64,000 nt of DNA from contig JBGAIX010000011.1 in the NCBI GenBank assembly GCA_044225235.1, positions 31,452 to 95,451 on the forward strand, given 5' to 3'. Origin of the DNA: Propionibacteriaceae bacterium. GTDB lineage: Bacteria; Actinomycetota; Actinomycetes; Propionibacteriales; Propionibacteriaceae. Under the pieces are notes generated by a model. The model did not search any database. It saw only the letters and a list, made by a program, of their open reading frames with translations, and had not been told where the DNA came from. The translations under genes and the position numbers were made by a program. Every line of letters begins with the position of its first letter. The first letter of the stretch is position 1. This document shows positions 61,106 through 64,000 of this stretch, piece after piece.

Positions 61106-63549
61106 CCGTCACAGACAAGGCGTCGGCGGACGTCGAGAAGCGCACCGATCTGGTGACCCTCACCATCGACGACGTCGAGGTCTCGGTGCCGAAGCGCACG
61201 CTCGTGATCCGGGCGGCGGAGTTGATCGGGGTCGAGATCCCGCGCTTCTGCGATCATCCGCTGTTGGATCCGGTCGGTGCCTGTCGGCAGTGCTTGGTCG
61301 AGGTTCCTGATGCCGGCAACGGCCGCCCGATCCCGAAGCCACAGGCCTCGTGCACGCTCGAGGTTGCCCCGGGGATGGTGGTGAAGACCCAGCTCACCTC
61401 ACCCGTCGCGGAGAAGGCCCAGCACGGGAACATGGAGTTCCTGCTGGTCAACCACCCGCTCGACTGCCCGATCTGCGACAAGGGCGGGGAGTGCCCGCTG
61501 CAGAATCAGGCGCTCAGCCACGGGTACGCCGAGAGCCGCTTCACCGACGCCAAGCGCACCTACCCGAAGCCGATCAACATCTCGGCCAACGTGCTGCTCG
61601 ACCGGGAGCGCTGCGTCCTCTGCGCGCGCTGCACCAGGTTCTCCGAGCAGGTCGCCGGTGATCCGTTCATCGCCCTGATCGAGCGTGGGGCACTGCAGCA
61701 GGTCGGGATCTACGAGCGGGAACCGTTCCAGTCCTACTTCTCGGGCAACACCATTCAGATCTGTCCGGTCGGAGCGCTGACCAGTGCGGCGTACCGTTTC
61801 CGTTCGCGGCCGTTCGACCTGGTGTCCACGCCCTCGATCGCCGAGCACGACGCCTGCGGGTCCGCGATTCGCGTCGACCACCGGCGGGGCAGCGTGATGC
61901 GTCGGATGGCGGGCGACGACCCCGAGGTCAACGAGGAGTGGATCACCGACAAGGACCGCTTCGCGCATCGCTACGGCACAGTCGGCGATCGACTGACCCG
62001 CCCCCTGGTGCGGGACGGGAACGTGCTGCGTCCGGCATCGTGGCCGGAGGCCATCGACGCGGCAGTTCAGGGCCTGCAGTCGGCGGGTAGTGCTGTCGGC
62101 GTCCTCACCGGCGGTCGGCTGACGCTGGAGGATGCGTACGCGTACGCGAAGTTTGCGCGGGTCGCGCTGCAGACCAACAACGTCGACTTCCGGGCGCGCC
62201 AGCACTCCGACGAGGAGGCTGACTTCCTCGCACACTCGGTGGCCGGTACGGGGCTTGGCGTCAGCTACGCCGATCTGGAAGGGGCGAGCTCGGTCCTGCT
62301 CGTGTCCTTCGAGCCGGAGGAGGAGGCGGGCGCGGTCTTCCTGCGGCTGCGCAAGGCGTACCGCAAGAGCCGGCTGAGAATCGTCACGCTCGCGCCGTTC
62401 CTGACCAACGGCGCCCGCAAGGTCGGGGCTGAGCTGGTCCCGGTGGCCCCGGGGGACGAGCCTGCGGTGTTGGACAACCTGGCTGCTGATCAGCTCGACG
62501 CGCAGTCGGTGATCCTGGTCGGCGAGCGGGCCGCGGGTCTTTCCGGGACCTTCAGCGCGGTCCGGCGCCTCGCGCAGCGCACCGGAGCTCGCGTCGCGTG
62601 GATTCCTCGGCGGGCCGGGGATCGAGGTGCCGTCGAGGCCGGGTGTCTGCCGTCCCTGTTGCCAGGCGGTCGGCCGGTGGCCGATGCCGCCGCCCGCGTC
62701 GACACGCAGACCGTCTGGGGAGTGGGCTCACTGCCGACGCTCCAAGGGCGCGACGCGGACGAGATGCTGATCTCCGCCGGTGACGGCCAGCTGGCGGCAC
62801 TCGTCGTCGCCGGGGTCGAGCCGCAGGACTTCCCCGACCCGGCGGCAGCGCTGGAGGCCTTGGAGAAGGTCGGTTTCCTGGTCAGCCTGGAAACGCGGGC
62901 ATCTCAGGTGACCGAGCGGGCCAACGTTGTGCTGCCGGTCTCGTTGATCTCCGAGCGCGATGGCAGCTTCGTCAACTGGGAGGGTCGTCGGCGCGAGTTC
63001 CCGGCCGTACTCAAGGCGCCCAATGCGATGTCCGACCTCCGTGTGCTGGCCGCGCTCGCCGATGGACTCGGAGCCGACCTCGGCTTCCGTACCGCTCGGC
63101 AGGCGCGGGTCGAAATCGCCGAACTCGGCAGCTGGGACGGTGCCCGTACCGGTGACCCCGACTACCCGCCGGCGCTGACCGAGGCGCCCGCCAGCGCCGA
63201 CCAGGCGCTGCTGGCGACCTGGCGCACCGCGTTGGACGCGAGCAGGGCGCTCGACGGCGAGCCGTTCCTCAGTGCCACCGCACGCCCCGCGGTTGCGGTC
63301 CTGCACCCGGCCACCGCCGACGACAGCGGAGTATCCGACCGCGTACAGGTCTCCACCGACCGTGGCTCGGTGACCCTGCCCGTCGTCCTCGACCCGCGGA
63401 TGGTCGAGGGCGTGGTGTGGCTGCCGGCACAGGCGCCGGGTCATCGGGTCCCGCAACACCTCGCGGCCACGCCCGGCGACCTGGTGCGCATCGGACCGCC
63501 CACCGAGGTGGCCGTGCCCGGATCCGACGCGAAGGAGGCCACCCGATGA
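61102..63549 (+). CDS. nuoG: NADH-quinone oxidoreductase subunit G
   Basis: ORF track 61045..63549. ATG 61102 overlaps the nuoF stop. Motifs PRFCDHP...[36 protein letters not shown]. Confidence 0.93.
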   Translation: MTVTDKASADVEKRTDLVTLTIDDVEVSVPKRTLVIRAAELIGVEIPRFCDHPLLDPVGACRQCLVEVPDAGNGRPIPKPQASCTLEVAPGMVVKTQLTSPVAEKAQHGNMEFLLVNHPLDCPICDKGGECPLQNQALSHGYAESRFTDAKRTYPKPINISANVLLDRERCVLCARCTRFSEQVAGDPFIALIERGALQQVGIYEREPFQSYFSGNTIQICPVGALTSAAYRFRSRPFDLVSTPSIAEHDACGSAIRVDHRRGSVMRRMAGDDPEVNEEWITDKDRFAHRYGTVGDRLTRPLVRDGNVLRPASWPEAIDAAVQGLQSAGSAVGVLTGGRLTLEDAYAYAKFARVALQTNNVDFRARQHSDEEADFLAHSVAGTGLGVSYADLEGASSVLLVSFEPEEEAGAVFLRLRKAYRKSRLRIVTLAPFLTNGARKVGAELVPVAPGDEPAVLDNLAADQLDAQSVILVGERAAGLSGTFSAVRRLAQRTGARVAWIPRRAGDRGAVEAGCLPSLLPGGRPVADAAARVDTQTVWGVGSLPTLQGRDADEMLISAGDGQLAALVVAGVEPQDFPDPAAALEALEKVGFLVSLETRASQVTERANVVLPVSLISERDGSFVNWEGRRREFPAVLKAPNAMSDLRVLAALADGLGADLGFRTARQARVEIAELGSWDGARTGDPDYPPALTEAPASADQALLATWRTALDASRALDGEPFLSATARPAVAVLHPATADDSGVSDRVQVSTDRGSVTLPVVLDPRMVEGVVWLPAQAPGHRVPQHLAATPGDLVRIGPPTEVAVPGSDAKEATR

Positions 63550-64000
63550 CCGGCGTGTCCAGCCCGCTCGACCTCGCGGTGTTCTTCAACGACCCGTGGT
63601 GGGTTGTCCTGCTCAAGGCGCTCTTCGCCTTCGTCGTGCTGCTCGTGCTGACGCTCTTCACTATCTGGTACGAGCGGCGCGTCGTCGCCTTCATGCAGCA
63701 CCGCAAGGGACCGAACATGAACGGCCCCTTCGGACTGCTGCAGTCGCTCGCTGACGGAATGAAGCTGATGTTCAAGGAGGACTTCACGCCGACGGCTGCC
63801 GATCGAGTGGTCTTCATGCTGGCGCCGTTCGTGACCTCCATCCCGGCCATCACGGCCTTCGCGGTCATTCCGATCGCCGGTGAGGTCCGCGTCCCCTTCA
63901 CCGACATCACAACGCCGCTCCAGGTGACCGACTTGCCGGTCTCAGTGCTGTTCGTGGTCGCGATCGCCTCGATCGGCGTGTACGGCATCGTGCTGGCCGG
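63546..64000 (+). CDS. nuoH: NADH-quinone oxidoreductase subunit H, N-terminal part (runs off the right edge)
   Basis: Own translation from ATG 63546 (ATGA overlap with the nuoG stop): ...[42 protein letters not shown]. Confidence 0.9.
   Translation, partial: MTGVSSPLDLAVFFNDPWWVVLLKALFAFVVLLVLTLFTIWYERRVVAFMQHRKGPNMNGPFGLLQSLADGMKLMFKEDFTPTAADRVVFMLAPFVTSIPAITAFAVIPIAGEVRVPFTDITTPLQVTDLPVSVLFVVAIASIGVYGIVLA

Noticed and set aside
1-64000. Window-wide look for CRISPR arrays, tRNA, rRNA or tmRNA genes, IS elements, transposases, integrases, prophage or canonical defence-system genes
   Set aside because: I found no regularly spaced repeats, no tRNA-like cloverleaf candidates in the intergenic regions, and no transposase, integrase or phage-like translations. 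The only sizeable repeat is the 140-bp tandem duplication at 24550-24833.

Overview
64-kb high-GC (about 68-70% by eye) actinobacterial chromosomal segment. The gene content suggests a Propionibacteriales or Nocardioides-like organism, but that is a guess. Coding density is high and I support about 58 protein-coding features.

Content from left to right:
- A partial acyl-CoA carboxylase beta subunit, pip, transporters, and a MarR/oxidoreductase pair.
- A radical-SAM gene, a small phosphoglycosyl transferase, and a 1057-aa secreted S8 protease.
- A stand-alone receiver plus an HK-REC-REC-HPt hybrid kinase.
- A ROK / PfkB kinase / GH65 phosphorylase / sugar porter locus.
- A gluconate cluster (gnd, regulator, gntP, gntK) and TagF-like, CDP-alcohol and GT2 cell-envelope genes.
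- A dispersed menaquinone set (menA, E, C, D, G, F and a MenJ-like reductase).
- A SigK-RskA-fasciclin module, an ABC pair, a membrane-anchored sulfite-oxidase-family molybdoenzyme, and nuoA-H (nuoH runs off the right edge).

I saw no rRNA, tRNA, CRISPR array, transposase or prophage genes.

Most unusual observations:
1. A gene-poor, lower-GC 1.9-kb island (27023-28890) between an ArsR pair and a TrmB/LuxR-type regulator. It holds only two micro-ORFs: a 26-aa hydrophobic peptide, and a 52-aa signal-peptide ORF ending in GHSL repeats. It also carries dense palindromes, direct repeats and hairpins.
2. nuoB has a normal C-terminal three-quarters, but its first ~41 codons are non-canonical and lack the tandem-Cys N2 cluster ligands.
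3. A perfect 140-bp tandem duplication frameshifts a CsbD-like gene.
4. A probable 1-nt frameshift sits at the 5' end of a PAP2 phosphatase gene.
5. A SigK-type promoter lies upstream of the fasciclin-sigK-rskA unit.

Functional calls rest on motif recognition from the translations. No database search was possible. Coordinates of non-ORF features were read by hand, cross-checked against ORF-track boundaries, and may be off by 1-2 nt.
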